DNA of 64,000 nucleotides from Clostridia bacterium (GTDB taxonomy: Bacteria; Bacillota; Clostridia; Christensenellales; CAG-917). This document shows, piece by piece, positions 34,586 through 44,997 of the stretch. The notes under the pieces were generated by a model. That model was not told the origin of the DNA, did no database searches, and saw only the letters and a program-made list of their open reading frames with translations. Position 1 is the stretch's first letter. Each line of letters opens with the position of its first letter. The translations under genes were made by a program, and so were the position numbers. The stretch is from positions 14,062 through 78,061 of the forward strand of contig JAKSOR010000002.1 in the NCBI GenBank assembly GCA_024405515.1, read 5' to 3'.

Positions 34586-34924
34586 ATGGAACTTGTTTGT
34601 ATCGTATGCCCGAGAGGCTGCAGAATAAAAATTGAAGACGGCGTAATCACAGGTAATACCTGCAAAAAAGGTGAGGCATTCGCTCGCTCCGAGATGACAT
34701 GCCCTATGCGTACAGTCTGTTCTACTGTAAGAACAACATTTTCCTCAATGCCTGTTCTTCCGGTAAGAACACAGGGCGAGATTCCTAAATCCGAAATCAA
34801 GAATCTCATGAAGGAAATCAACAAAGTAACAGTAGATAAAAAAGTGAAAAAAGGCGATATCATTCTTAGCGGCGTTGTCGGGACTGAAGTCAATCTTATT
34901 GCCACAGAAAGTATACCAGATTAA
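34586..34924 (+). CDS. DUF1667 domain protein
   Basis: The sequence reads MELVCIVCPRGCRIKIE..GNTCKKGEAFARSE...PMRTVCSTVRT. This family is the usual third member of the oxidoreductase trio. Confidence 0.8.
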   Translation: MELVCIVCPRGCRIKIEDGVITGNTCKKGEAFARSEMTCPMRTVCSTVRTTFSSMPVLPVRTQGEIPKSEIKNLMKEINKVTVDKKVKKGDIILSGVVGTEVNLIATESIPD

Positions 34925-34938
34925 AAGGAGAGTCGTTT

Positions 34939-36504
34939 ATGAATAAAGACCCATTGGTATTAACAATAGACTTCGGTACTCAGAGCGTAAGAGCTATGCT
35001 CTTTGATAAAACCGGAAAAGACCTCGCAAAAAAACAGGTTAAGTTCGAAGAGCCGTACTACTCATTAAAACCGGGCTGGGCAGAACAGAAACCTGAGTTT
35101 TACTGGGAAAGACTCAAAGAGGCAACAAACGGCCTTAAAAAAGAGAATGAAGATTTGTGGGACAGAATTGAAGCTGTTGTCTGCACAACGATAAGAGACA
35201 CTGCAGTCATCGTAGACAAAACAGGCAAACCGTTAAGGGATGTCATTTTATGGCTCGATGCAAGACAGACACCTGAGGCTGAAAAAACAAGATTTAGTCC
35301 TTTCTTTATGGCTCTTGTCAAAACAATCGGTCTTTTTGATATGGCGGCAGGAAGTGCAAGAGTATCTGCATGTAACTGGGTGCATGAAAATGAACCGGAT
35401 GTCTGGAAGAATATGTATAAATTCCTGTTCTTCTCAGGATACATGACATACAGACTTACAGGCGTTATGAAAGACTGCGTTGCGAACCAGATAGGTCATA
35501 TCCCGTTTGATTACAAGAAAAAGAAATGGCAGAAACCAAGTGATATGACCGCATGTATTTATGACCTTAAAGAAAAAGACATGGTTGAACTTGTTCCTGC
35601 AGGTGAAGTCATCGGATATATAACAGGTGTTGCTTCTCAAGCACTTGGCATCAAGGCGGGAATTCCTGTTATTGCGGCAGGTTCTGATAAAGGATCCGAA
35701 ACACTCGGCGGCGGATGTGTTGATGAAACAGGCGCATCAATGTCCCTTGGGACCACGTCAACAGTTCAGGTAACAACTTCAAAGTATGTTGAACCAGAGC
35801 CGTTTGCACCATGCTACCCGGCAGTTCAGCCGGATAAATTCAATCCTGAAATTGAAATTTACAGAGGATACTGGATGCTTTCATGGTTCAAGCAGGAATT
35901 TGCAAAAGAAGAAGTGATGGAAGCCAAGGCAAAAGGAATATCAGCAGAGGAAATTCTTAACGGCCACTTAAAAGATATACCGGCAGGCTGTGAGGGATTA
36001 ATCCTTCAGCCATACTGGACACCTGGTATTAAGTATCCTACAGCCAGAGGGTCCATTCTCGGATTCTCCGATTTCCACACAAAGTATCATATCTACAGAG
36101 CAATTATCGAAGGAATCGCATACGGTCTTTATGACGGTATGAAAACCATCGAGAAAAAGACAAAGAAAAAAGTTGAGTTCATTACAGTATCAGGCGGCGG
36201 AAGCGTATCTGATGAAATCTGTCAGATCACATCAAATATTATGGGCGTAAAGGTCAGAAGAGTTCAGACTTCGGAAACCTCATCACTCGGTGCTGCCATC
36301 ACAGCATTCAAAGGAATCGGAGTGTATCCTAGCTTTGAAGAAGCTGCAAAGAACATGATCCGCGTATCATCAGAATTTGAACCTGATATGAAGGAACATG
36401 CACTTTATGAAGAACTTTATAACAGGATATACAGAAAGATTTACCCGAACAACAAGAACCTCTACAAAGATATTAGGGCTATCTTAAATAAATACGAAAA
36501 ATAA
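34939..36504 (+). CDS. FGGY-family carbohydrate/polyol kinase
   Basis: Motifs are LTIDFGTQSVRAMLFD, AGSDKGSETLGGG and VSGGGSVSDEICQI. It is not a canonical GlpK sequence. Confidence 0.8.
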   Translation: MNKDPLVLTIDFGTQSVRAMLFDKTGKDLAKKQVKFEEPYYSLKPGWAEQKPEFYWERLKEATNGLKKENEDLWDRIEAVVCTTIRDTAVIVDKTGKPLRDVILWLDARQTPEAEKTRFSPFFMALVKTIGLFDMAAGSARVSACNWVHENEPDVWKNMYKFLFFSGYMTYRLTGVMKDCVANQIGHIPFDYKKKKWQKPSDMTACIYDLKEKDMVELVPAGEVIGYITGVASQALGIKAGIPVIAAGSDKGSETLGGGCVDETGASMSLGTTSTVQVTTSKYVEPEPFAPCYPAVQPDKFNPEIEIYRGYWMLSWFKQEFAKEEVMEAKAKGISAEEILNGHLKDIPAGCEGLILQPYWTPGIKYPTARGSILGFSDFHTKYHIYRAIIEGIAYGLYDGMKTIEKKTKKKVEFITVSGGGSVSDEICQITSNIMGVKVRRVQTSETSSLGAAITAFKGIGVYPSFEEAAKNMIRVSSEFEPDMKEHALYEELYNRIYRKIYPNNKNLYKDIRAILNKYEK

Positions 36505-36563
36505 ACAAACGAGGGTTTATCTCCTGAATTTAAAGGGATAAACACCTAAATGGAGGAAATATT

Positions 36564-38276
36564 ATGTCACATCCGTACAAGGAATTTGAGCCAAAATGGA
36601 TAACAGATGCACCGAATCCAAAGTCGTTCCGTTCTATTATGAAGTGGGGAGATCCTAACTTCTACAAGGCACCAAAGGAAGGACTTTACAAACTCATCAA
36701 ATCCACATTCAATCTTACTGATGATGATTTCAAGGAAATGGTAGACACCGGTGAACAGATTGTCGATATGAAAGTCGAAACAAAACTTTCAGAAGAGCAG
36801 GTCAAGGCTATTAAGGAAATAGTCGGCGATGAATTTGCAACTATTGATGACTTCACAAGAATCTCTCTTGCATACGGCAAAACAATGATTGATATCATGA
36901 GATTAAGAAAGGGCATTGTGGAAAACGTTCCTGATATCGTTGTATATCCGTCAACAACTGAGGAAGTTCAGAAACTTCTTGCATATGCAGATTCAAACGG
37001 AATCAAGGTATATATCCATGCAGGCGGTTCTTCTGTTACAAGAGGAACAGAACCTATGGTAGGACCGAACATGATGATTGAAACTCAGAAGAGATTCAAC
37101 AAAGTCATTGAGTTTAACGAAGTTAACCAGACAATCACTGTTCAGCCTGGTATCACAGGACCGGCTCTTGAGAAGCTCTTAAATAATGCACCTGAAAATT
37201 TCGGTTCAACAAAGAGATATACATGTGGACATTTCCCGCAGTCCTTTGAATATTCATGTGTAGGCGGCTGGGTAACCACAAGAGGTTCAGGCCAGAACTC
37301 AACATATTACGGATGTGCTGCTGATATAGTTTTATCCCAGGAATATGTAACTCCTGTCGGAGTAATCAAATCAGACAACAAGCCGAGAAAGGCAACAGGT
37401 CCTGATATCGACCAGATTATGATGGGAAGTGAAGGATGCTTCGGTATCTTGACACAGGTAACACTCAAGATATTCAATCTTTCCGAAAAACACCTCAAAT
37501 TCTCATTCATGTTCCCTACATGGGAAGAAGGTATGGCAGTAATGAGGGAAGTTATGCAGGGTGAATTCGGTCATCCGTCAGCTTTCAGACTTTCAGATGC
37601 TGAAGAAACAGATATGATGAGCCATATGTACGGAATTATCGGAAGCCCGCTTGAACCGATGCTCAAAGCAACAGGTTACAAGATGCATCAGAGATGCCTC
37701 CTTCTCGGATTCTGCGACGGTGAAATCGGATATCAGAAAAACGTTGTAAAGAACATTAAGAAAATTGCCAAGAAGCACCATGGCTTATATCTTACAGGAT
37801 ATGTAACAACCTCATGGGAGCACGGCAGATTCAATGACCCGTATCTCCGTGACACAATTCAGGACTACGGCATCATCATTGATACACTTGAGTGTGCTGT
37901 AAACTGGGATAATATGCCGTCTGTTCATGACAGCGTAAGAGAAGTTGTAAAAGCATGGCCGAATGCAATCTGCACATGCCACATTTCACACAGCTATCCT
38001 CAGGGTGCAAACCTTTACTTCATCTTCATTATTAAAACAACATCCCTTGAAGATTTCAAGAAATATCACAGTTCAATTCTTAAGGCAATTGCTGATTCAG
38101 GTGCAGCACTTTCACACCATCACGGAATCGGCAAACTCTTTGCCCCGTATCTTGAAGAGAACATCGGTACTGCACAGATGAATGTAAACAAAGAACTGAA
38201 GAAATACTTCGATCCTAATAACACTCTTAACCCGGGCGGAACGTTAGGCCTTGATGAACATCCTGATAATTTCTAA
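36564..38276 (+). CDS. FAD-linked oxidase (alkyl-DHAP synthase / GlcD-like family)
   Basis: The PCMH-type FAD-binding region is VVYPSTTEEVQKLLAYADSNGIKVYIHAGGSSVTRG, and the C-terminal motif is LSHHHGIGK. GGAGGA lies upstream of the ATG. Confidence 0.75.
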   Translation: MSHPYKEFEPKWITDAPNPKSFRSIMKWGDPNFYKAPKEGLYKLIKSTFNLTDDDFKEMVDTGEQIVDMKVETKLSEEQVKAIKEIVGDEFATIDDFTRISLAYGKTMIDIMRLRKGIVENVPDIVVYPSTTEEVQKLLAYADSNGIKVYIHAGGSSVTRGTEPMVGPNMMIETQKRFNKVIEFNEVNQTITVQPGITGPALEKLLNNAPENFGSTKRYTCGHFPQSFEYSCVGGWVTTRGSGQNSTYYGCAADIVLSQEYVTPVGVIKSDNKPRKATGPDIDQIMMGSEGCFGILTQVTLKIFNLSEKHLKFSFMFPTWEEGMAVMREVMQGEFGHPSAFRLSDAEETDMMSHMYGIIGSPLEPMLKATGYKMHQRCLLLGFCDGEIGYQKNVVKNIKKIAKKHHGLYLTGYVTTSWEHGRFNDPYLRDTIQDYGIIIDTLECAVNWDNMPSVHDSVREVVKAWPNAICTCHISHSYPQGANLYFIFIIKTTSLEDFKKYHSSILKAIADSGAALSHHHGIGKLFAPYLEENIGTAQMNVNKELKKYFDPNNTLNPGGTLGLDEHPDNF

Positions 38277-38374
38277 TTTCTGACAACTATACATGCCCGG
38301 TTCAGGGCCGGGCGTGTATGCGTTCACATCAGTCCCGTGAGGGCGCTCGACAAGGTGTGAGAACAAAATAACAT

Positions 38375-39373
38375 ATGAAAAAAAGACTGCTGCTAATTAT
38401 TTCTGCTCTGCTCGTTTTGACACTGGCTATTTCATTAACTGCATGTGGTGGTGATGATAATAATAACAATAATGAACCGGCTGAGGCAGCAAATTATACA
38501 ATTGAATACAATTTAGATGGTGGAGTGAACGATATATCAAATCCTTCCTCCTATACAAAAAATGACACATTTACTCTTAATGCACCTACAAAAGACGGCT
38601 ATGAATTCGATGGCTGGAGCGGAACAGGTATATCAGGAAAGAGCAAAGATGTCACAGTAAAAAAAGGAAGCACTGGTGACAGGTCATACAAAGCCAACTG
38701 GAGCATTCCAACCTATAAAATCACGTACATCCTTGTCAGTGGCAAAGTAAACGGAGTAAATCCGACATCTTATACTGCTCAGACAGATACATTCACGCTC
38801 ATTAATCCGACAAAAGATGGTTATGACTTTGACGGATGGAGTGAAAAAGGCGTACAGGGCAAGAAGATGGAAGTCACCATTGAAAAAGGAAGCAAAGGGG
38901 ACAGAACTTTTACCGCAACATGGAAATCCGAAAGTTTCACAATTTCTTATGATCTTTCAGGCGGCACGGTAATCGGAACAAACCCGGTATCATACAATGT
39001 AGACACTCCGACATTCACGCTTATCAATCCGACAAAAGACGGTTATGACTTTGAAGGCTGGAGCGGAACAGGTATCTCCGGAAAGAACAAGAATCTTACC
39101 ATTTCCAAAGGTAATTCCGGAAGCAGGGAATATACAGCGAACTGGAAAGCAACACAATATGTCATCCGTTATAACCTTAATGAGGGTACAGTAACGAATC
39201 CTGTTTTCTATGATATTGAGACAGATTCATTCACGCTTATCAATCCTACAAGAGCAGGTTATGTGTTCGAAGGCTGGAGCGGAACCGGTATTGACGGTAT
39301 GAGTAAGAGCGTAACAATTGAAAAGGGCAGCACAGGAGAAAGAACATACACTGCTAACTGGTCAGAACCATAA
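38375..39373 (+). CDS. Lipoprotein with four Listeria-Bacteroides (InlB B-repeat / Flg_new-type) repeats
   Basis: The lipobox is LAISLTAC followed by GG. There are four ~70-aa repeats of the form Y.I.Y.L.GG....NP.SYT....FTL.NPTKDGY.F.GWSG.GI.GK....TI.KGS.G.R.YTANW. Confidence 0.85.
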   Translation: MKKRLLLIISALLVLTLAISLTACGGDDNNNNNEPAEAANYTIEYNLDGGVNDISNPSSYTKNDTFTLNAPTKDGYEFDGWSGTGISGKSKDVTVKKGSTGDRSYKANWSIPTYKITYILVSGKVNGVNPTSYTAQTDTFTLINPTKDGYDFDGWSEKGVQGKKMEVTIEKGSKGDRTFTATWKSESFTISYDLSGGTVIGTNPVSYNVDTPTFTLINPTKDGYDFEGWSGTGISGKNKNLTISKGNSGSREYTANWKATQYVIRYNLNEGTVTNPVFYDIETDSFTLINPTRAGYVFEGWSGTGIDGMSKSVTIEKGSTGERTYTANWSEP

Positions 39374-39393
39374 AAATATTTCAGTAAAACAAA

Positions 39394-39427
39394 TGCCACT
39401 GGGAGAAAAACCCGGTGGCATTTTCAT
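39394..39427 (+). terminator. Rho-independent terminator between convergent genes
   Basis: The stem is TGCCACTGGG (39394-39403) paired with CCCGGTGGCA (39411-39420), with one G-T wobble, followed by TTTTCATT. Confidence 0.6.
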
Positions 39428-39544
39428 TATATATCTTCAGTTTCAATTAACTGCACTTTCACTGAAACTATTGAAAAGTCATTTAGAGGTCTACATATTA
39501 TATAGAAAATGGCTTGTATAGTGGGAAATTACCTTAGAAAAATA

Positions 39545-40333
39545 TTAATTCTCGTATTTCTTTGAGGAATCGTAATCTTTGCCGTCTTCCTGTTTAAGTT
39601 TGTTGCTTTTTTTCTTTGATGAAACAAAGAAACATGTAAAGATTACAACAGCAGCAACTGCGAGGCAGACAATAATAGCGATACGGATTCCTTTAGATGT
39701 GGATGCAGGAAGTTCTTCGTTAGGATCAAAATTATTTTCATTTAAAAGCGCTTCCCTTTCTGCAGCCTTTAAAGATTCGTAAGGGACTGTAAAATCAGTC
39801 AGCTTGTTTTTTGCAATAAAGCCGAGTGCTTTCTCCCCGTCTTTTTCTGCTATAACAAAGATTTTGGTTAAATCTTCGCTGTATCCTGCAAATCTTATTG
39901 TAAATGTGTTATCCACTGTTATGCCGTTTATGACTTCTGTTTCACTGTCTTTAAGTGTGAGTGAAACTGCAGGGTCCTGGCTGGCATTTGCCGGAAGAGC
40001 AATGAGGGTAGGGTTTTCAGTTGTTATGAAAAATTCCTCACCGAGATACAAACATTTATAAGTATCCGCAAACTGATTTTCCCCGAGCTTTACATAATAA
40101 CTTTCAGGGATATAGAAAGTTTCGTCATCAGTTGAGAGTGCTATAACAGATTTGCCTGCGGAAGGGTTGTTTTTTAGATCCGAAACAGGAGCCTCAATAT
40201 AACTTTCCCCGTCTGCATAAACGACACCTGCTATTTCAGAAAACTGTAATAATAAAATTGCCACAAGTGCAAGCACAAGCAGTACTACAAATATTGATTC
40301 TATTACGTTTTCAGCAGTTTTGTTCTTACGCAT
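39545..40333 (-). CDS. Hypothetical bitopic membrane protein (N- and C-terminal TM helices, K-rich tail)
   Basis: ORF track. The TM helices are IFVVLLVLALVAILLLQ and IRIAIIVCLAVAAVVIFTCFFV. No family was recognised. The start was chosen at MRKNKTAENV and is uncertain. Confidence 0.5.
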   Translation of the reverse strand: MRKNKTAENVIESIFVVLLVLALVAILLLQFSEIAGVVYADGESYIEAPVSDLKNNPSAGKSVIALSTDDETFYIPESYYVKLGENQFADTYKCLYLGEEFFITTENPTLIALPANASQDPAVSLTLKDSETEVINGITVDNTFTIRFAGYSEDLTKIFVIAEKDGEKALGFIAKNKLTDFTVPYESLKAAEREALLNENNFDPNEELPASTSKGIRIAIIVCLAVAAVVIFTCFFVSSKKKSNKLKQEDGKDYDSSKKYEN

Positions 40334-40433
40334 ATGTCTATAATACAACATTTCATCTTTTTGTGAAAGCATAATAACAAAATGCGGCAAATTCAACATT
40401 TATTTAATGTTGGGAGTATGGTACAATTATTCT

Positions 40434-40787
40434 ATGACTATAGAAGAAGCATTAACCCGACTTTCAGAGTCTAAATTCCGTTCATCTTTTTACCTTGCAA
40501 AGAAAGATAAAGAGTATTTCAGTGCAAAAGGCAGGGATACAATAAAAAGCCACGCAGCGGATTTCGTGAGAGCCAAACTTGCTCCTGCCGAGCCTCTGAA
40601 CGATGGCAAACAGACACCTATGAGCGGGCACCCTGTTTTCAAGGCAATGCACGCGTGCGCGTGCTGCTGCAGAGGATGTCTCAACAAGTGGTATAAAGTG
40701 CCTAAAGGAAGAGAACTCACCCAGGATGAACAGGAAAAAATAGTTAATCTTCTGATGGCATGGATTGACAGGGAAACAGATAAATGA
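40434..40787 (+). CDS. DUF4186 domain protein
   Basis: The sequence reads SKFRSSFYL..KDKEY...G.DTIKSHAADFV ... HPVFKAMHACACCCRGCLNKWY. The start is uncertain (40407 or 40434). Confidence 0.7.
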   Translation: MTIEEALTRLSESKFRSSFYLAKKDKEYFSAKGRDTIKSHAADFVRAKLAPAEPLNDGKQTPMSGHPVFKAMHACACCCRGCLNKWYKVPKGRELTQDEQEKIVNLLMAWIDRETDK

Positions 40788-41329
40788 ACGCACTCAGCAT
40801 TGTACATGACACAATAAAGAAATATGTAGGCGAAGGCTCTGTATGCATTGATGCAACAGCCGGCCGCGGTTTTGATACAGCGTTTCTCTGCGAACTGACA
40901 GGTAAATCCGGGAAAGTGTACGCATTTGATATTCAGGAAGATGCAATAGAGTCAACAAGAAAACTCCTTGATTCAAAAGGCCTTGAGGCAACACTTATTC
41001 TTGATTCCCATTCTGAAATGAAAAAGTATGTAAAAGAAGAAGCAGACTGCATAGTCTTTAATCTCGGGTACCTTCCTAAGGGCGACCACACAATCTTTAC
41101 GCATGCCGATTCAACAATAAAAGCAATTGAGGCAGGACTAGGCCTTCTTAAAAAGGGCGGGCTCATGTGCGTTTCCGTTTATTACGGCGGCGACAGCGGA
41201 TACGAGGAAAAAGATGCACTTCTGCCATATATAAAAAATCTTGATGATGAAAAATATCAGGTTATCGGTACTTTTTTCTATAACTGGAAGAAAGATCCTC
41301 CGATACCTTTCTTTATTATAAAGAACTAG
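40784..41329 (+). CDS. mnmM: SAM-dependent methyltransferase of the YtqB/MnmM (putative rRNA methylase) family
   Basis: The sequence reads VCIDATAGRGFDTAFLCELTGKSGKVYAFDIQEDAIESTRKLL and later NLGYLPKGDH. The gene symbol is assigned by family resemblance only. Confidence 0.7.
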   Translation: MNALSIVHDTIKKYVGEGSVCIDATAGRGFDTAFLCELTGKSGKVYAFDIQEDAIESTRKLLDSKGLEATLILDSHSEMKKYVKEEADCIVFNLGYLPKGDHTIFTHADSTIKAIEAGLGLLKKGGLMCVSVYYGGDSGYEEKDALLPYIKNLDDEKYQVIGTFFYNWKKDPPIPFFIIKN

Positions 41330-41337
41330 GAGGAACT

Positions 41338-44250
41338 ATGTTAAGTCTAAAAGACATCACAAAAGTCTACGTTGTTGGTGACAGGACGGTTAACGCATTA
41401 AGGGGCGTTACAGCAGAGTTCGGCGATACCGGACTGGTTTCTATCCTCGGCCAGAGCGGCTGCGGAAAGACAACACTCATGAACATAATAGGCGGTCTTG
41501 ACAAGGCAACAACCGGCGAACTTACTATTAACGGCCAGTCAACTGCTTCCTACACGGAAAAAGACTGGAATACGTACAGAAACAATGTCATTGGTTTCGT
41601 TTTCCAGACATATCATCTTATTCCTCATATGAACGTTGTTGGCAACGTTGAACTTGCACTTACACTTTCGGGCGTTGATGCAAAAGAAAGAAGAGCTAGA
41701 GCTCTTGAGATGCTTGATAGAGTAGGTCTTAAGGACCAGGCTTTCAAAAAACCTAACCAGTTATCTGGCGGTCAGTGCCAGAGAGTTGCCATCGCTCGTG
41801 CTCTTATAAATAATCCGACCATTATTCTTGCCGATGAACCTACCGGTGCTATAGACAGCAGAACAAGTGTTCAGATTATGGATATCCTTAAGGAAATTTC
41901 AGTGAACTGTCTTATTATAATGGTTACCCATAACTCAGAACTTGCCGAGCAGTATTCAGACAGAATAATCAGCATGAAAGACGGCGTGATAACTGACGAG
42001 AGAACTATTGAGGCAAAAGCTCCTGAGAGGGAAAAAACAGAAGAGATTCCGCAGGAAGAACCAGTAATAGCTGAAACGGAACCTGAAGAAGAAGCAGAGC
42101 CGATTGCTGCAGAAGAAATAGCTGAGGAAATTCAGGCTGAACCTGTAAAAGAAGAAGTGCCTGAAGAAAAACCGGCACTGTCAGAAGCGACTCCTGCAAA
42201 GAAAAAGAAAAAGCAGAGAGCTTCAATGAGTTTCCTGACTGCATTCAAATTATCACTTACAAACCTTATAAACAAAAAAGGAAGAACAATGCTTACTGTT
42301 ATTGCAGGATCCATAGGTATTATATGTATCTCACTTATCCTTGCAATGAACACAGGTTTTTCAGCATACATCAACCGTTACGAATCGGATTCACTTTCAA
42401 AATACCCGATAGCAATTTATTCTCAGTCAAGTTCTTTAATGGATATGATGGAGGATGCTATTCACGGTGGCGATATTGATGTATCAAGAATTGATATGAA
42501 TACTGTTATCGACATCTTTAAAGAGGAAGAAGCAGTAAGGGAAAAATATCCGGATGCAGATAAAATTTTCCTTGAAAAAGTTATTCTCGGAATTATCGAG
42601 GGCGATATGGAGAATATGGGCATAAAACTTGATGCTGATATTTCAAAATTTGCCGAGGAACTGAATGCAAATTATGACCCGTCCTGGGGAACAATAAGAA
42701 AAGACTACGGATTAAGACTTAATGTGTATACAGAACTTGAGGAGGGAATTTACGACAGAATAAATCCTCTCTACGATAAGATTCTTGAGCAGGTCGGAGA
42801 CAGCATTCCGTCAGGTATTACCGAAGAAACAAAGAACCAGGTTAAGACCATGCTTGACTCTTTAAAGACCTGGACAATGATGATAGATGATAAGGATGTC
42901 ATTCTGAATCAGTATGATGTAATTGCAGGACACCTTCCTGACTACACAACTGAAGAAGGAATGAAGGAAATCGTTATCGTAGTGGATGAATATAACCAGA
43001 TTGATGATGACATTCTTCTTTTCTTAAACAAGATTTCCATTACAGACTTCCTCCAGGCATTCTTATTGGGCTCAGCAGAAGAAGTAAAACAGGAATTTGA
43101 TTTTAATGAATTCATCGGTCAGGAATATACGGTAATGGCATCAAGCGATTACTATACATATGTTCCTGCAGCGGGATTTATGAATCCTGAGCATTTTGAT
43201 TATTCAGCTACCAATGAGATTATTGCTGAAAGAGGAACAAAGATTAAGATAGCTGGTATCTTAAGACTTAAAGAAGGACTGACAGCAGGATGTATTGACG
43301 GAACTATCGGTTATACACAGGCTTTTGCCGAATATATTATCAATAAAATCAATGGTTCAGACCTCATCACCAAACAGAAAGGCGAGTATCAGAAATATCT
43401 TGATAAGCAGCAGAAGATGACTGAAGCCATTGAAGCTCTTGCTGAATACGGATATGAGTTCAGCATTGAAGAATTATCCCAGATGACTCAGGAAGAACAG
43501 ACAACCTTCATTAACGATATAATGACTGCCCATCCGCAGGAAGGTATGGCTGTTATGGCCGGAATGACAGCAAAAATCAGGAACATTATTTCCGGGGAAC
43601 AAATGTCCACATCCGACTATGAGCAGCTTCTTGAAGACCTTTCCGTAAAAGACCTTAATAAACCGAAATCAATTTATATTTATCCGACATCCATAGAGAA
43701 TAAGGATAAGACACTTGAATTCGTAAACAATTTCAATGCTAAGATTAATGCGGATCCTGAACTGGCAAATTCATTTGTTGATTATACGGTAACATATACG
43801 GATGACCTTTCACAGATTACATCTTCCATGAAAAGCATGATAGATACTATCACATACATCCTTGTAGCCGTTGCAGTTCTTGCAGTCGTTGTTGCAATGC
43901 TTCTTGTTGCAATCATCCTTTATATCTCTGTTCAGGACAGAACAAAGGAAATCGGTATTTTAAGGTCTCTTGGTGCTTCCAAGGGCAATGTATCATCAGT
44001 ATTTATCGCTGAGACATTCATAATAGGTCTCATCTCCGGTATCATAGGCGTTGTCATAGGCGTAATCCTTAAATTCCCGGCGAACGCGATAATTATTAAG
44101 GTTCTCGGCATACCGAACCTTTTACAGCCGTCATGGTGGCAGTGCCTTGCACTTATCGGCTTCTCATTCATAACAACAGTAATAAGCGGTATCATCCCGT
44201 CTTCACTTGCTGCTAAGAAAGACCCGGTTGCAGCACTCAGAACAGATTAA
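41338..44250 (+). CDS. Fused ABC transporter: a MacB/FtsE-like ATPase, an acidic linker and an FtsX-type permease with a large extracytoplasmic domain
   Basis: Walker A is GQSGCGKTT, the signature is LSGGQCQRVAIARAL and Walker B is ILADEPTGAID. The linker is EEIPQEEPVIAETEPEEEAEPIAAEE...KKKKKQ. The C-terminal FtsX motif is VQDRTKEIGILRSLGASK, followed by TM helices. Confidence 0.85.
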   Translation: MLSLKDITKVYVVGDRTVNALRGVTAEFGDTGLVSILGQSGCGKTTLMNIIGGLDKATTGELTINGQSTASYTEKDWNTYRNNVIGFVFQTYHLIPHMNVVGNVELALTLSGVDAKERRARALEMLDRVGLKDQAFKKPNQLSGGQCQRVAIARALINNPTIILADEPTGAIDSRTSVQIMDILKEISVNCLIIMVTHNSELAEQYSDRIISMKDGVITDERTIEAKAPEREKTEEIPQEEPVIAETEPEEEAEPIAAEEIAEEIQAEPVKEEVPEEKPALSEATPAKKKKKQRASMSFLTAFKLSLTNLINKKGRTMLTVIAGSIGIICISLILAMNTGFSAYINRYESDSLSKYPIAIYSQSSSLMDMMEDAIHGGDIDVSRIDMNTVIDIFKEEEAVREKYPDADKIFLEKVILGIIEGDMENMGIKLDADISKFAEELNANYDPSWGTIRKDYGLRLNVYTELEEGIYDRINPLYDKILEQVGDSIPSGITEETKNQVKTMLDSLKTWTMMIDDKDVILNQYDVIAGHLPDYTTEEGMKEIVIVVDEYNQIDDDILLFLNKISITDFLQAFLLGSAEEVKQEFDFNEFIGQEYTVMASSDYYTYVPAAGFMNPEHFDYSATNEIIAERGTKIKIAGILRLKEGLTAGCIDGTIGYTQAFAEYIINKINGSDLITKQKGEYQKYLDKQQKMTEAIEALAEYGYEFSIEELSQMTQEEQTTFINDIMTAHPQEGMAVMAGMTAKIRNIISGEQMSTSDYEQLLEDLSVKDLNKPKSIYIYPTSIENKDKTLEFVNNFNAKINADPELANSFVDYTVTYTDDLSQITSSMKSMIDTITYILVAVAVLAVVVAMLLVAIILYISVQDRTKEIGILRSLGASKGNVSSVFIAETFIIGLISGIIGVVIGVILKFPANAIIIKVLGIPNLLQPSWWQCLALIGFSFITTVISGIIPSSLAAKKDPVAALRTD

Positions 44251-44251
44251 C

Positions 44252-44722
44252 ATGAAGGTACTCTTTGTCTGTTCATCAAACGTATGCAGGAGCCCGTACT
44301 GTGAGTATGTGCTCCGCCGTCTTGTAAAAGAGGACCCGGATTTAAACGGAAAAGTAGAGATAAAGTCTTCGGCGGTGTTTAACAAAATGAAAAACATTTT
44401 TCCGAAGGCTATCCCGTCTTTAATAAAGGAAGGGTATACAGAGGAAGAGATAAAAGCACATAAACCGGATTATATCTGGTGCAATTATAAACCGTTTAAG
44501 GAAGCAGATATCATTATCGGGATGTCCAGAAGCCACAGATTTCTGCTCCCGGTATGGCTCTGGAAAAAGTATAAACCGCTGTCCGTTGCAGCAGGGGACA
44601 AATATCACCTTGTTCCGGACCCGTTCCTTTATAGAACTCAGGAAGAATATGACGAGTGTATGGGGAAGATACGGGAATATGTGGTGAAATACTATAATAA
44701 AATCAAAGAGGAACTTAGATGA
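44252..44722 (+). CDS. Low-molecular-weight protein phosphatase (LMW-PTP / arsenate reductase fold)
   Basis: The start MKVLFVCSSNVCRSP carries the CX5R-S P-loop, and the DP motif is LVPDPF. ATG 44252 begins 1 nt after the upstream stop. Confidence 0.8.
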   Translation: MKVLFVCSSNVCRSPYCEYVLRRLVKEDPDLNGKVEIKSSAVFNKMKNIFPKAIPSLIKEGYTEEEIKAHKPDYIWCNYKPFKEADIIIGMSRSHRFLLPVWLWKKYKPLSVAAGDKYHLVPDPFLYRTQEEYDECMGKIREYVVKYYNKIKEELR

Positions 44723-44997
44723 ACGTTTTACTGATAGTGGTTATTGCGGTATTTGTTTTATTAAGCCTTATGGGCTTTATTGTTATGGGAATCGATAAGT
44801 CAAAGGCAAAAGAAGGCAAGTGGAGGATTCCTGAGAAGGTACTGTTCCTGTTTGCATTCTTCGGTGGCGTGGGTTCAACACTCGGGATGTATGTATTCCG
44901 TCATAAAACAAAGCACTGGTATTTCGTTGTATTCTTCCCTCTTTTTGCTCTTATTGATATTGCAGCCCTTGCCGCCGCAATTTACTTTATTGTCTGA
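44719..44997 (+). CDS. DUF1294 small membrane protein
   Basis: The sequence reads GIDKSKAKEGKWRIPEKVLFLFAFFGGVGSTLGMYVFRHKTKHWYF. Confidence 0.75.
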   Translation: MNVLLIVVIAVFVLLSLMGFIVMGIDKSKAKEGKWRIPEKVLFLFAFFGGVGSTLGMYVFRHKTKHWYFVVFFPLFALIDIAALAAAIYFIV

